A stretch of DNA of 64,000 nucleotides from a virus. The position numbers were made by a program, and so were the translations under genes. Under the pieces are notes generated by a model. That model was not told where the DNA came from. It made no database searches and was given only the letters and a program-made list of their open reading frames with translations. Location of the stretch: the IMG/VR virus record IMGVR_UViG_3300023178_001963, one strand, 5' to 3'. Position 1 is the stretch's first letter. Each line of letters begins with the position of its first letter. This document shows positions 1-11,510 of the stretch, piece by piece.

Positions 1-3000
1 CATTGACTAGATAATAGTATCCATTAATTTCTGGATCAATGTCATCATTTGTAATTTTTAAGTAAACTGTATCTGCGATATCCACCTGATTTGTTAATGC
101 CACATATAATTGACTATCACTTGTTTCTCCAACGTATGATATTTCAGCAATTTCACTTAGTCTGCGAACATCCCAATCACGTTCACTATCGAACTGAATC
201 CATGCTAAGTCACCTTCATAGTAACTATCACTAACTGTAGTTTCAAGTACAGCAGCATTTCTAACAATGTAATTAACATCCTTAGAATCAACATATCCTG
301 TTGTTTTTATAGGTGTAGTTCTTGCTGTCTCTCTGTATTTGAATGGTGTTTCACCAGTATATTCAACCGAGTATGGATCACTAAAGATTAATTTTGTATC
401 AATACGTTTTGATGATGAAATATCTTTGTTAAAGTTACCATACTCTCCTAACTTAAATGCCCACATGTCTTCGTGTTTGATATCTTTAAAGTTAGAATTT
501 TTGTTTACAATTCTGTTTACACTTGAGTCTGTGCCTTTACCTGCTAGGAAGCCTTTGTAGAATTCTAGTTGTGACTCTCTTTCCATAAGGTGATTGTTTA
601 GATATAGACGTTTTGTGTAACCTATTTGATTTGCTTTTAAGATATTGACATTCTTAAGTGACTGATCTACAATAGTATCTCTGTGATATTTTGTATCAGC
701 TACCATTGTTTCTAAGTTAGGTATCATCACGTTATCATACATAATGTAACCATCAGCACTTAGTGTGCCGTCCCAATCACTAGTTCTATTACAGTCAATA
801 ATCATTCTTAGATTTCTATTATGGTGTAGTGGATCATAAATTACGTCACCATATGAATCTACTCTATCAATCACATAAGCATGTTCTACATCAGTGATAT
901 CAATCTTCATTCCGTATACAGGTATCGTTGATTCCCATGTAATAGCATCACCTTCTGAATAGAATTTGATTGCTGTGTTTGGTATTTGTCTACCTGATGA
1001 ATCTACTACTCTGTAGAAGTTTTTATTTGTTTCTTTCTGAACTGTAGCAACACCATATGGTGTAGAGAATCTACCCGATAGCAGGATAGGAGTTAGAGTT
1101 ATAAACTCTCCTATATCATGTTTTTCAGCAGACCAATCTAAGAACTTGATTAGTAAACTTTCAAAGTCTATGTTTTCACCCTCACTGTTTATATCAGTAA
1201 AGTCCCATCCAACTGCTCTTAAGTAATCTTGGTAACCAATAATTAAGTGAGCCACTTCGTCTAAACTATAAAGAACGTCACCGTAGTTATAGGATTTGAT
1301 TTGGTCTTGTAGAGTCTTCTTATAACCATTTGCTCTGATTTGATTAACACGTGGCCACTCTTTTAGTAATTTCCAGTTGTCTTGTAAATCATCGTTGAAT
1401 AAACTAGACGCTGTGTGATCAGACAAAGAAATATATGGGCTACCTTCATACATAACATATGTGTCATTCTTATAGAAAGTACCCGGCGTCCAAACGTTTA
1501 GTGTTGCTTCGTCGCCTCTTGTTGCCCAATCTTTTTCACCGCTAGTTCTATCCCAATCCATAGCAAAGAATGTAGGATTAAAATCATCATATCCATAAAT
1601 TCTGTAACCAAAGTTTCTAATCTTAGGCTGTGATATTAATGTCCAAGCAGTATAGTCAAAGTTTATAGTTCCAGCAGTTTCACGTTCTGTTGGAGTTTCA
1701 ACTTTTCTTCTATAATATTTTTCATCAGAAGGATTAAAGATAACAGTTCCTTGAGTGTAATCAGATACGTTGTTTATCGAATATGTAGGATGCTTATCGT
1801 CAAGTGAAACTTTTTCTAGTACGATAGCACTGAAACTCTCACTGCGATTAGGCTCACCTGTGTGAATGAACAAATCATAATTATCTGTTGGAATTTCAGT
1901 ATATTGACTGTTAGCTAACGAACTATTTTCACTTGATAGTTTAAAGTTGTTAACAAAGCCACCTAACTTACTACCTAGCTTAAACTGATAACTATCTTTT
2001 TGTCTTCTAATTTCTGTAACATCTGAACTTTCACGCTTATGATAGATAGAAATAATAGCATCAAGTTCATCTGACCAGTTATCAATAACTTCAAACGGTT
2101 TCATAATCATTGAACATAAGAATTCAATGAATGGGAATTCACTACTACGTCTCCAAGCCATTTCGATAGGAGATCCGTCACCGAACTCCCAGTCTTGGTC
2201 TAAGAATTGAATGTCATCTGTTGATATTTGTGATCCAAAGAATAGTTCTTCTACTGTTAACAGATTATTATCAGTGTCTAGTGGAATTGGCCAGTAAGCA
2301 TTGTAATCTGTTTTTAGCTTCGACCAGAATTCATATGTAGTATAACGCTGTTCATCTAGCTCAAACCCCTCAGGAGGTCTACTAAAGCCTACTGTTACCC
2401 AAGGTTCTTTTAATGGATTTTCAGTTCTGTAAACATAATGCATCAATCCACGCCAATTACCCGGAGTATTATCGTTTACACCTCTATAGTTCCAAGTCTT
2501 CCAGTTATCAGGATCAAAATCAGTATTAAAAATATTGTCAATACTATTTCTTACCATCCACTTTTTAAAGAATGGGAACATTGTATATTTTTTCTCATTA
2601 AATGAATACTCAATAGTAGCATCACGGTAAATACCATACTTGATATTTTTCATTGTTAGATTATCTGTAGTTTTGTCTATACGATTATAGATTAACTTTT
2701 CAAACATAAGCATGATACTATCTGTTCTGTCACCCCATATAGGCATTTTAGAACCATCGTGCCCAACTAAGAATGTTGTAGCGGTTTCAAACTCTGTATC
2801 TTCTTCGAATCTAGGATCATACAACGTATGTATACCTAACTTAGTAGCACTTGGAGGAATAAATGATTCTTTAATAAGTTTATAATATCTTACTTCGATT
2901 TCATCATCTGCTGTCATTTCACGTTCAAAACTTATTTCAACGCCGTTTAGAACTGTATAGTTTTTCTCAAGTACACCGTTAATGAATACGCTGATATTTT

Positions 3001-5755
3001 CATCGTAAACCACTTCAGTTGCGATACTATCTGGAATAAACTGAATTTTAGATCCAACTGATACTGGAGATACATTAGCTGTAATGTAGTGATTTGGTGT
3101 ATCACCGATATTAATCATATCGCTTCCGCCAAACACATTGATACTTTCACGTTTCGCTAACGCAATCTCTGCTATTGCTTGTTCTAAAATTATTTCATCT
3201 GTTTTAGAATCAGAGTCTGGATCATTAAGAATTTCTCTAATGTTCGTTACAAGTTTGTTTTTATAACCGCCATACGCTAATGAAATATATTCTAATGATG
3301 CGAAAGGATCATAGTCATCACGTGTGATTGAAAAATATGCTTTAGTGATATCAATAGAATTCTTAACCATAACACTACCAAACTTGTTAAATCTTAACTT
3401 GTCTGTATTATCACCTATTTTTCTATAAGTGTTTGAAGCGTTAGGGTTACCTTCAATGCCTTCTGTTGTCTCAACAATTCTTAACAAGTGTTCGTACACT
3501 GTTGAGAATGACATTTCAACATTGTTATGGTCTAAATTATCTGGATTAAATTCAATAGATGGATCGATACGCTGCCAAGTTCCATCACCGTCAACGATAA
3601 CGTTTTCACGTGTTGTGAAGTCAACGTACACATAGCCTTCTACTGGCTTATTGAATGTAATGACGTTATCGTTGTAGGTATAATTTCCTATTTGTTTTAT
3701 ACCTTCCAGATAAACGTCAATGGTATAAAAGTTTTTAGGTTCTTGTAATAACTCTAATTTTTCATGTGTTCCGAAACCATACTCATGTCTTAAGTTTCTA
3801 TAATCGAACTCAGAAAGAATATAAAGAGGTTGATATGTTTCGTCAATTTTATATGACATATTAATTGGCATATCAATGTTAAATAAGAATTCACTTACAT
3901 AATCACCTGCTTGTAGTTTTGCTTTGATTCCAAGAAATGGATCTTGTAAAACATCGTCATCTTCTACATAATGAAAAATTTTATAATCTGATTGATACTG
4001 TTCTTCATCATTATAAAGTCTAAATGTAGGCACAGCAAAATCTGTTGCTGTAGCACTTTCATCACTAAGTTCTAGTCTCTTATCAAATTCAATGATCGGT
4101 CTTTTTGCTTGTTCAATAAAGTTTTTATTTTGACTTGTGATATATTTTCTAATATCATCATAATGATACCATGAGTTTCTATCACTCCACCAGTTAGTAA
4201 TCGTGGAGTAGTCAGTATCTTTATCTATAGTAATATAATGTATGTCTTCTGAATTACCAAGAATAAAAATATTTTCTAATAATAGATACTGTTCCCAATC
4301 CGGAGTTGTAAATTCTGAGTTTGTTTTGTATTCAATTACATGTAGTATACCTTCATCTGGTTTTACAAAACGTAAAGCATATGGGTTAACTTCTACATTA
4401 TATGGATCAAATACTTTATCTGTTAACTGATATGTATTATTTCCTATATTAAGTGTAACACGTAATTCGTCTGTGTCAACAAATGTATCACCTACTAATG
4501 GATTTTTAGGTCTATCAGCTCCTTGTGAGAAATCCCTAGCTCTATATTTTCCATCTTCTATTCCCAAGTTAGAAAAACCTGTCAGATTTACAACTGAGTT
4601 GATGGAACCATCATTAAATATATTGACATATCCATCGTCTAGTGTTGCTGATATTCCAATAGAAGCACCTAGTAGATTTAATTCATCTACAAACTCTTGT
4701 AGGTTAGCATATTTTGAATTTCCAAGACCATCAACTGTAGAGAATTCTAGTTCGTCCTGTCTCTCTACAATACCGCCATCTTCATAAGCACTAAATGCCG
4801 TACCATCAACAGGAGATGACATTGCTGGATCATTATATAATTCATAAACATCTTTAGAAATTTCTTTTACATAAAACATTTGGTCATTAAGTTGTGTTAG
4901 CCCACGTGCTAATGTCAGTTTTATTTTATTTCCATCTAAAATAATATGGTCATCATGTATATGCGTATCATCATTGTGAACATGCAATCTGACCGGAGAT
5001 GTTTGTGTTAAATTTGAAATTCTAGCTGTTGCTTTATTACCCAATGTAAATTTAACATTACCGTCAGGTAATGATGGATTTTGAGTTGATGTTGCGACAG
5101 GCCAGTTTTTATGCCAGTCTGGAGAACCTAGAACAACCCATTCGTTTTCTAATCTTACCCAATATACGATTTCATTATTAGATATTACAACCGCATAATC
5201 ACCAGTTGACCCATACGTATCAATAGGCTTTGCGTTAGCATCAAGTAGCCCCGTGCCCGGTTCATCTCTGATTATAGCAGGTAGTTCTCTTCTCCAATAA
5301 ACACCATCAATATCCTGATAGAATGAATATAGTGCGAAATCTGTAGTGAAGCCTGGTTTAACCCAATAGTATAGTTCCCAGTTTATGAACTTATCATTAT
5401 CTATAGGTAAGTTTACAGTGTAAGTGTCAGACTTGAATAGTCTTCTATGGTCATTAATTAACGCACCTTTATTATAAAGTGAGTTTAGTAAGTCATCATA
5501 AAATATATTGTCACCAATGTCTACATTAGAGAAAACAGGTTCTAGTCCATAGTTGTCTCGTTGAAAAAGATGTTCAGGGAAAGAAACATAAGCATCGTCT
5601 TCTTTATAGATACCTTTTTCTTTTCTACCAATAAACGCTCTTACTTTATCAACTTGTCCTTTAGAAAATGCCCTGTCTAAAGTACTGTCGAACATAGTCT
5701 GCAGTTCTTTATTTCTTAAATGTACCGGTAAAAGGTCATATATTTTATTCGCCAT
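1..5755 (-). CDS. Very large virion structural (baseplate-region) protein, >1900 aa, truncated by the window start
   Basis: ATG at 5755 reads MANKIYDLLPVHLRNKELQ, 2 nt after the stop of the gp6-like gene. It is absent from the ORF track, consistent with no stop inside the window. I translated only parts by hand. Confidence 0.75.
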   Translation of the reverse strand, partial: MANKIYDLLPVHLRNKELQTMFDSTLDRAFSKGQVDKVRAFIGRKEKGIYKEDDAYVSFPEHLFQRDNYGLEPVFSNVDIGDNIFYDDLLNSLYNKGALINDHRRLFKSDTYTVNLPIDNDKFINWELYYWVKPGFTTDFALYSFYQDIDGVYWRRELPAIIRDEPGTGLLDANAKPIDTYGSTGDYAVVISNNEIVYWVRLENEWVVLGSPDWHKNWPVATSTQNPSLPDGNVKFTLGNKATARISNLTQTSPVRLHVHNDDTHIHDDHIILDGNKIKLTLARGLTQLNDQMFYVKEISKDVYELYNDPAMSSPVDGTAFSAYEDGGIVERQDELEFSTVDGLGNSKYANLQEFVDELNLLGASIGISATLDDGYVNIFNDGSINSVVNLTGFSNLGIEDGKYRARDFSQGADRPKNPLVGDTFVDTDELRVTLNIGNNTYQLTDKVFDPYNVEVNPYALRFVKPDEGILHVIEYKTNSEFTTPDWEQYLLLENIFILGNSEDIHYITIDKDTDYSTITNWWSDRNSWYHYDDIRKYITSQNKNFIEQAKRPIIEFDKRLELSDESATATDFAVPTFRLYNDEEQYQSDYKIFHYVEDDDVLQDPFLGIKAKLQAGDYVSEFLFNIDMPINMSYKIDETYQPLYILSEFDYRNLRHEYGFGTHEKLELLQEPKNFYTIDVYLEGIKQIGNYTYNDNVITFNKPVEGYVYVDFTTRENVIVDGDGTWQRIDPSIEFNPDNLDHNNVEMSFSTVYEHLLRIVETTEGIEGNPNASNTYRKIGDNTDKLRFNKFGSVMVKNSIDITKAYFSITRDDYDPFASLEYISLAYGGYKNKLVTNIREILNDPDSDSKTDEIILEQAIAEIALAKRESINVFGGSDMINIGDTPNHYITANVSPVSVGSKIQFIPDSIATEVVYDENISVFINGVLEKNYTVLNGVEISFEREMTADDEIEVRYYKLIKESFIPPSATKLGIHTLYDPRFEEDTEFETATTFLVGHDGSKMPIWGDRTDSIMLMFEKLIYNRIDKTTDNLTMKNIKYGIYRDATIEYSFNEKKYTMFPFFKKWMVRNSIDNIFNTDFDPDNWKTWNYRGVNDNTPGNWRGLMHYVYRTENPLKEPWVTVGFSRPPEGFELDEQRYTTYEFWSKLKTDYNAYWPIPLDTDNNLLTVEELFFGSQISTDDIQFLDQDWEFGDGSPIEMAWRRSSEFPFIEFLCSMIMKPFEVIDNWSDELDAIISIYHKRESSDVTEIRRQKDSYQFKLGSKLGGFVNNFKLSSENSSLANSQYTEIPTDNYDLFIHTGEPNRSESFSAIVLEKVSLDDKHPTYSINNVSDYTQGTVIFNPSDEKYYRRKVETPTERETAGTINFDYTAWTLISQPKIRNFGYRIYGYDDFNPTFFAMDWDRTSGEKDWATRGDEATLNVWTPGTFYKNDTYVMYEGSPYISLSDHTASSLFNDDLQDNWKLLKEWPRVNQIRANGYKKTLQDQIKSYNYGDVLYSLDEVAHLIIGYQDYLRAVGWDFTDINSEGENIDFESLLIKFLDWSAEKHDIGEFITLTPILLSGRFSTPYGVATVQKETNKNFYRVVDSSGRQIPNTAIKFYSEGDAITWESTIPVYGMKIDITDVEHAYVIDRVDSYGDVIYDPLHHNRNLRMIIDCNRTSDWDGTLSADGYIMYDNVMIPNLETMVADTKYHRDTIVDQSLKNVNILKANQIGYTKRLYLNNHLMERESQLEFYKGFLAGKGTDSSVNRIVNKNSNFKDIKHEDMWAFKLGEYGNFNKDISSSKRIDTKLIFSDPYSVEYTGETPFKYRETARTTPIKTTGYVDSKDVNYIVRNAAVLETTVSDSYYEGDLAWIQFDSERDWDVRRLSEIAEISYVGETSDSQLYVALTNQVDIADTVYLKITNDDIDPEINGYYYLVN

Positions 5756-5757
5756 TA

Positions 5758-8700
5758 TTATTCACCTACTAGTTCGTCTGATACGATATTTGAAATGATT
5801 TTTACGTCTTCTGATGTTGTGACGCTTAAGAATATTTCTGTTGGTTCACTACTAATACTTAGTAAGTTTGTAAACTGTGTAGTTTCGTATTTAGGAGTGA
5901 TAACAACTGAACTGATATGATTTGGTAGCTTATTATGAATATAAGAAGCTAATTCTGAGTAGTAGAATGTTTCACCAAAGTCCCAGTTGTCAATATCAAA
6001 GAATTCGTTAACTGCTGCTGAAACTGCTGTTTTGATTTCACTATCTGTGAACGCAGTTTCAGGTTTCTTAACTACTTTGAATACAGCTTGATTTTCTGGA
6101 TGTGCGTACTTACCAAACAGATATTTAAATTTAACTGGTATGTAAGATATGTGATCAGAAATCATTGCTTTAGGTTCAATTGATTCCATCATTTTTCTTA
6201 GTTCGTAATTGTTTGGTGCTTGTGGTATAACTTCACTAAAGCCGTTAGAAATCCAAGTATTTACTCTGCGAACATAGTCAGCAGAAAGAACATAGATATC
6301 AACAATGTTACTTGTACTTGGATCAATTCTCTTGTCTTCGTCAGCAAAATGATCCCATCTGAAGCTCATAAATTTGTCTTCTACATATGAACGACCGTTA
6401 ACTACTCTGTACTTGACACCATCATATTCAATTTTACCAGGTGCGATATCAACATAATCAAAGTTTGTTGTCCAAACACCTGCGACACGCTTCTGCCAAA
6501 TACCATCTTCTAAGTCTGTAGCTGTTGGTTCAATTAAGAAACGTATTAGTGCTGTTTTTGGTATTTCATCATTTGTATTTTCATCATATGCTATTACAGA
6601 ATCAGAAACTCTTTCATATGTTTTACCATCGACCATATATGTTTCAAGTACAATATGTGTAAATTCTAGTATAGAAACATCACCTATGTCACTTAAAGAA
6701 TTACTACTATCAACGTTAACAAATACTTGTAGAACACCATGAGGATCACGTGATGTGTCAGAAGCATATAGTTTTACTTTATGATAGTCCACATAACCTT
6801 CATTTGTTATGAACTCATCGTAGATATAGCTTTCAATCTCATCATATGTCTCAACTGCTGTTTGTATTGTAGAAACTTCTTCAACTGTTCTTTCGACACG
6901 CACCGTGAATGTTGTTAAATCAGCATCACCAGAACCTGCTATGAATATATCTAGCACTGATCCGATACCTGGATTAATAGTCCAGAATATAATTTTATGA
7001 TCGTTACCATTTTTTCTAAATTCGGTATGAGCATTGTCTATAATAGTACCGCTAGGATCTTTAATGATGATGTTATCTGCAGTTATTGATTGTGTACTAG
7101 AAAAGTTTGCTTCTCCATAAGCAAACTGTTTCCATCTAATATCACCGTCTAGGTTGTCGATGGTCCAACCATCTTGTACCATATCTGGGAATGTAAATGT
7201 ATATACGCCACCGTTGTTTTGAATGAAGTATTCGGTTTGTACACCAACCATTGGAGCAACTGCGGTGTCTAATGTTTCACCTGTTGGTAGATGGTTTTCA
7301 TCAATCCAAACAAAATTATTAGATGATTGTGCTTGATTGAAATACTGTGTACTAACTTTACCTTTGAAAGAGTTATCTGTTAGTTGTACTTCATTATATG
7401 TTGTTGTATAACTTTTGGCAGATGTACATGAATCGATTTCTTCACTTATTACTGCTGGATTTATAGAATAAACATATTCATTTGTAGTTTCTACAGCAGG
7501 ATTCTCTCCGGTATCAATAACTGTTCCAACTATTTCAGAAGCATTGTCTAACTCATAAGAAACCGTGTAAGATGGCGAGTTACCTATAACTGTAGTACTG
7601 CTTGGTGACGTAGGTGTTACTGGATATTCAAGGCCCACAGGTGACACTAATACATGTCGTGTAGATGTTGGGTTATAACAATTCATATTTTCAACAAAGT
7701 CATTTGTCAATTCAGCGCCTGTATTTTTGTATACGCCGTCGAATGTTATAGTTCCATTATTATCTACAACATTTGTCACTGGTGCTGTACCGATATTAAC
7801 TATCATATCTTCGCCGGTAGTTTGTGCTTGACCACCAGATGTTATAGTATTATAATAGTTAAAAAGTATAATGTCACGTTCTATTAGATTAGTTTCGTTG
7901 TCAACAATAAACTTGTTGTTACTATAGAAGAACTTAACTTGGTCTTCACTCTCAAATACAACTTTCTTACCTGTAAACTTAGCAACATACTCTGCTTCAT
8001 TCTGTCTTGCGCCTGCTTTATATGTGAATGTTATAAAAACATCTTCACCATCAATTAATTCAGGTTCTGTAACATCATCATGTACATACCATGCCCATTT
8101 ATTTGTATCTGGTTCTGGGATGTATTTAATTTTGAAAGAGTCAACTGATAAGTCTTCAATTTTTTCTTGTTTGATATTCTGAATTTCAATATCTTCAAAG
8201 CGTGTTCTGTAACCACGTACAACTTTAGATATACTACCAGACATTTCTGGGATAATATCATTAATAATAAATGTGTCAATACTATCACCAGTTTCTGAAA
8301 CTGTAGTTCCATATATTGTTGTCCAAGTTTCTTCTAGTTCTTCAGTACCAACTGTAAGAATATGATCTCCAGGATACAATACAGTCTGAGATTCAGTATC
8401 AGTTGATATTACTTCGATAACTTTTTTATTTGTTGGACTTACGTTAAAGTTTAATTTAGGTGTTGTGATAACACTATCAACATTAAACATATAATTGTAA
8501 AAGTAAAGATTAATCAAACTAGGATGTTTGATAACTTCTGACATGACATTACGAATAAAGTCATCACTGTTACCGTTTGCTCTGTTGAACGGTAAGTTCA
8601 TTGTAATGATATCATCATCAATATAAACTGATCCATCTGTACCAGTTACAGAAACATTTGAATGATGTCCTGTTGGATCATCCATTTCAAAGAAACGTGA

Positions 8701-10083
8701 ATTACCTGCAAAACTTGTGTTAATTGCTTTTGCTTTTTCTACAACATTTGTACCAAGTGTTAGTGGGAAAATATTATAGTCTTGTGCGTTTACCATTCTG
8801 TCTTGTGAATAATAAGCACGTGGAGCAATACGTCTTACACTTTCAAAAGTTTCGCCGGCATAGTTTTCGGAGAAATCTCTTGTAGTTGTTAGCGTAACTG
8901 TAAGTGCATAATTTCTACCATCTGCTCCAATATACGGGATAGTAACACTTGCTTCGGGTACATCATTTCCGTTTACAGTAAAGTTTTCATTGTCTGTTTT
9001 ACGATACCAAACACGATAGTTACCAAAAGGAGCATTACCAAAGATGCCGTCAGGCCAGTTGATTTGAATAGAGTTATCTATGTTAGTTGTGACACTAGCT
9101 AGATCACCATTTCCGTTTCTTAGAGAATTATAAATTGCTGTTTCTCTACTGTCATTATCTACAACAGATACACTAGAAACATAATTATTTTCATTATCTA
9201 ATCTTTGAATCCAAACATCTGAGTTACTAATATTCGTATCGTTTAAAATCTGAACACGATTAGATAGTCTTTTTGTATAACTTAAATTTTCAAAAGCAAG
9301 TTCGCCTAGTTTTGTGAAGATAAAGAAACCTGTTCTATCAGAAGCTGGACCAAGATTGTCATCTCTATTAACAATTGTAAAGTTTTTAGTAGGAATAGGT
9401 TCTGCTTCTATTACGTTGTCTCCGTCAAATTCAGCACGTACGGATTCAAATCTTCTACTCGCACCTGCTACATTTGCTGAGAATGGGTAAGTAATACTCT
9501 TAGCTATTCTGTTTTCATTAATTTCGTATAGACTATTCTCTATACCAAACGCTGTCATATTCGCAATAGGGTCTTGAATTTTTGAATTCTTTGTGAAAGA
9601 AGCGTCTAAAATTGTAATAAAGTTTTCATACCAGTTAACGTCATTAGCATCATTCCAGTTAACAGTAGTATTAGCAAGAGAATTCCCTTCATTATCAGTA
9701 ACATCTTGTGATGTAGTAACACTTGTGATTTTCATATAACCACGAGCATTGATAGGTCTTGTTTTAATATAGCCAAGATTTTTTGCTAGTCTTAGTACAG
9801 ACTCACGGCGTTCTGCTAAATCTAAGAAGTTTTCACGGGTATTCATATCAAGTCTAAATGATAGTGAATGTCCTAAATACGCAACAATATCTAAGATAGC
9901 AATAAATTCTGAACTAGCAATGTAGTCATTATATTTGTCAGGATATGTTTCCTGTACATATAATAGTAATGCTTCTCTGATAGTATCAAAGTCATATGCT
10001 TTTAAACTAATGTTTGTAAATGCTGTATAAACAGCACTCCAACTCTCGCCCGCAAATAAATTGTCAACTCTTTCCTGACCCAT
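5758..10083 (-). CDS. gp6: Baseplate wedge protein (T4 gp6-like, extended)
   Basis: N-terminal 'YDFDTIREALL..LDIVAYLGHSLSFRLDMNTRENFLDLAERRESVLRLAKNLGY' and 'APRAYYSQDRMVNAQDY' motifs; adjacent to gp25. Confidence 0.85.
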   Translation of the reverse strand: MGQERVDNLFAGESWSAVYTAFTNISLKAYDFDTIREALLLYVQETYPDKYNDYIASSEFIAILDIVAYLGHSLSFRLDMNTRENFLDLAERRESVLRLAKNLGYIKTRPINARGYMKITSVTTSQDVTDNEGNSLANTTVNWNDANDVNWYENFITILDASFTKNSKIQDPIANMTAFGIENSLYEINENRIAKSITYPFSANVAGASRRFESVRAEFDGDNVIEAEPIPTKNFTIVNRDDNLGPASDRTGFFIFTKLGELAFENLSYTKRLSNRVQILNDTNISNSDVWIQRLDNENNYVSSVSVVDNDSRETAIYNSLRNGNGDLASVTTNIDNSIQINWPDGIFGNAPFGNYRVWYRKTDNENFTVNGNDVPEASVTIPYIGADGRNYALTVTLTTTRDFSENYAGETFESVRRIAPRAYYSQDRMVNAQDYNIFPLTLGTNVVEKAKAINTSFAGNSRFFEMDDPTGHHSNVSVTGTDGSVYIDDDIITMNLPFNRANGNSDDFIRNVMSEVIKHPSLINLYFYNYMFNVDSVITTPKLNFNVSPTNKKVIEVISTDTESQTVLYPGDHILTVGTEELEETWTTIYGTTVSETGDSIDTFIINDIIPEMSGSISKVVRGYRTRFEDIEIQNIKQEKIEDLSVDSFKIKYIPEPDTNKWAWYVHDDVTEPELIDGEDVFITFTYKAGARQNEAEYVAKFTGKKVVFESEDQVKFFYSNNKFIVDNETNLIERDIILFNYYNTITSGGQAQTTGEDMIVNIGTAPVTNVVDNNGTITFDGVYKNTGAELTNDFVENMNCYNPTSTRHVLVSPVGLEYPVTPTSPSSTTVIGNSPSYTVSYELDNASEIVGTVIDTGENPAVETTNEYVYSINPAVISEEIDSCTSAKSYTTTYNEVQLTDNSFKGKVSTQYFNQAQSSNNFVWIDENHLPTGETLDTAVAPMVGVQTEYFIQNNGGVYTFTFPDMVQDGWTIDNLDGDIRWKQFAYGEANFSSTQSITADNIIIKDPSGTIIDNAHTEFRKNGNDHKIIFWTINPGIGSVLDIFIAGSGDADLTTFTVRVERTVEEVSTIQTAVETYDEIESYIYDEFITNEGYVDYHKVKLYASDTSRDPHGVLQVFVNVDSSNSLSDIGDVSILEFTHIVLETYMVDGKTYERVSDSVIAYDENTNDEIPKTALIRFLIEPTATDLEDGIWQKRVAGVWTTNFDYVDIAPGKIEYDGVKYRVVNGRSYVEDKFMSFRWDHFADEDKRIDPSTSNIVDIYVLSADYVRRVNTWISNGFSEVIPQAPNNYELRKMMESIEPKAMISDHISYIPVKFKYLFGKYAHPENQAVFKVVKKPETAFTDSEIKTAVSAAVNEFFDIDNWDFGETFYYSELASYIHNKLPNHISSVVITPKYETTQFTNLLSISSEPTEIFLSVTTSEDVKIISNIVSDELVGE

Positions 10084-10084
10084 A

Positions 10085-10444
10085 TTATTCTCTTTCTAAA
10101 TTAACTGTTAATTCAACTTTTTCACTTGTTGGAATGATTGAAACAAGTATTTGAATGTTTAATGTATGTTCTGATTCATCTATGATAATACTTTCTAAAT
10201 TCACTCTAGGATCTTCATTTATAATTTCAGTCAAATCTTGTCTTATTATACCCTTAACATCTGGTGTTAATGGTTCAAAAATCATATCATGTACAATACT
10301 TCCATAAGTAGGCATCATCACACGTTCACCCTTACGAGTCATAATATGATTCATTAAGTCTTCGATCACCAAGTCTTTATCAAAAAGACGGTGGTTGATT
10401 GCCTTTTTATTTTTTGTACTAAATCCTGTGAATCTAATTGCCAT
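10085..10444 (-). CDS. gp25: Baseplate wedge subunit (gp25/GPW family)
   Basis: 'TRKGERVMMPTYGS..LIFEP..DPRV'-type gp25 signature; 119 aa. Confidence 0.9.
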   Translation of the reverse strand: MAIRFTGFSTKNKKAINHRLFDKDLVIEDLMNHIMTRKGERVMMPTYGSIVHDMIFEPLTPDVKGIIRQDLTEIINEDPRVNLESIIIDESEHTLNIQILVSIIPTSEKVELTVNLERE

Positions 10445-10469
10445 AGTTTTCTCTCTATTTTTGATTAAG

Positions 10470-10499
10470 AGTATTTATCTGCATATAAACTACGAACTT
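10470..10499 (-). promoter_or_regulatory. Late promoter (GATAAATA) with extended conserved upstream element, copy 1
   Basis: AGTATTTATCTGCATATAAACTACGAACTT matches 19410-19439 at 27 of 30 positions; lies upstream of gp25. Confidence 0.7.
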
Positions 10500-10513
10500 T
10501 TTGAAAAAAGATA

Positions 10514-10542
10514 TTGACAACAAAAGTTTTTTAGTATAGACT
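10514..10542 (+). promoter_or_regulatory. sigma70-type promoter for the hypothetical-clpP pair
   Basis: TTGACA-17 bp-TAGACT. Confidence 0.65.
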
Positions 10543-10554
10543 AAATATATCATC

Positions 10555-10911
10555 GTGAAGGAGATGAACATGCATCATAAACAACTTGAACTAGAATTTT
10601 TAGAAGAACTAGACTATTCAAACTATGAAGTAGATGTACAGTACGAATTTGACTATGACGATTACCCGTCAATATCATTGGAAGAATTCGAATCTAATCT
10701 AATAAACTTCGACAAGTATGGAGTTGAGGTTAGTAGTAATGTTCTTTGGGAACCTTTTGAGGATACATCATCTGAAAAGATCAAAATTCTTGAAAATGAA
10801 GTATTCACATTACAGGGTCAGCTACAAACAGCATATAAAAGAATAGCAGAACTTAACCAAGAACTAGATACTTTTAAAAGTATGGTAAAACCAAACTCAA
10901 GGACTTTTTAA
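10555..10911 (+). CDS. Hypothetical acidic protein with C-terminal coiled coil
   Basis: ORF overlaps the clpP start (TAATG). AAGGAG at 10558-10563 suggests the real start is the ATG at 10570. Confidence 0.65.
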   Translation: MKEMNMHHKQLELEFLEELDYSNYEVDVQYEFDYDDYPSISLEEFESNLINFDKYGVEVSSNVLWEPFEDTSSEKIKILENEVFTLQGQLQTAYKRIAELNQELDTFKSMVKPNSRTF

Positions 10912-11510
10912 TGCCCAATCTTGTACCAATGGTCGTTGACCAAACTGCGAACGGTGAACGCAGTTATGATATCTTTTCCCGATTGTTAAAAGAACGTGTC
11001 ATTTTTTTGACAGGCGAAGTTAATGATTACCAAGCAGATTTACTATGCGCACAAATGCTATTCTTAGAAAGTGAAAACCCAGATAAGGATATACATTTTT
11101 ACATCAACTCTCCCGGTGGCGTAGTAACTGCGGGAATGGCGATCTATGACACTATGCAGTTTGTCAAACCAGATGTGTCAACTACTGTTATGGGGCAAGC
11201 ATGTTCTATGGGATCGTTACTAGCACAAGCTGGTGCTGCTGGTAAAAGATATATTTTACCACACGCAAGACATATGATCCATCAACCGAGCGGTGGTGCA
11301 GGTGGTCAAGCGACTGACATGGAAATTCAAGTTAGAGAAATTCTGAAAATGAAACAAAGTTTAACTGAAATCTATGTCAAACATAACAGCACACATAAAC
11401 AATACCAACAAATATTAGCTGATATGGAACGTGATAACTTTATGAGCGCACATGAAGCAGTAGCTTATGGACTAGCAGATAAGGTTATTGACGAAAGACC
11501 GACTGATTAA
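10911..11510 (+). CDS. clpP: ATP-dependent Clp protease proteolytic subunit
   Basis: '[25 protein letters not shown]', 'YINSPGG', catalytic Ser (ACSMGS), His (IHQPSGG) and Asp (ERDNF). Confidence 0.97.
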   Translation: MPNLVPMVVDQTANGERSYDIFSRLLKERVIFLTGEVNDYQADLLCAQMLFLESENPDKDIHFYINSPGGVVTAGMAIYDTMQFVKPDVSTTVMGQACSMGSLLAQAGAAGKRYILPHARHMIHQPSGGAGGQATDMEIQVREILKMKQSLTEIYVKHNSTHKQYQQILADMERDNFMSAHEAVAYGLADKVIDERPTD

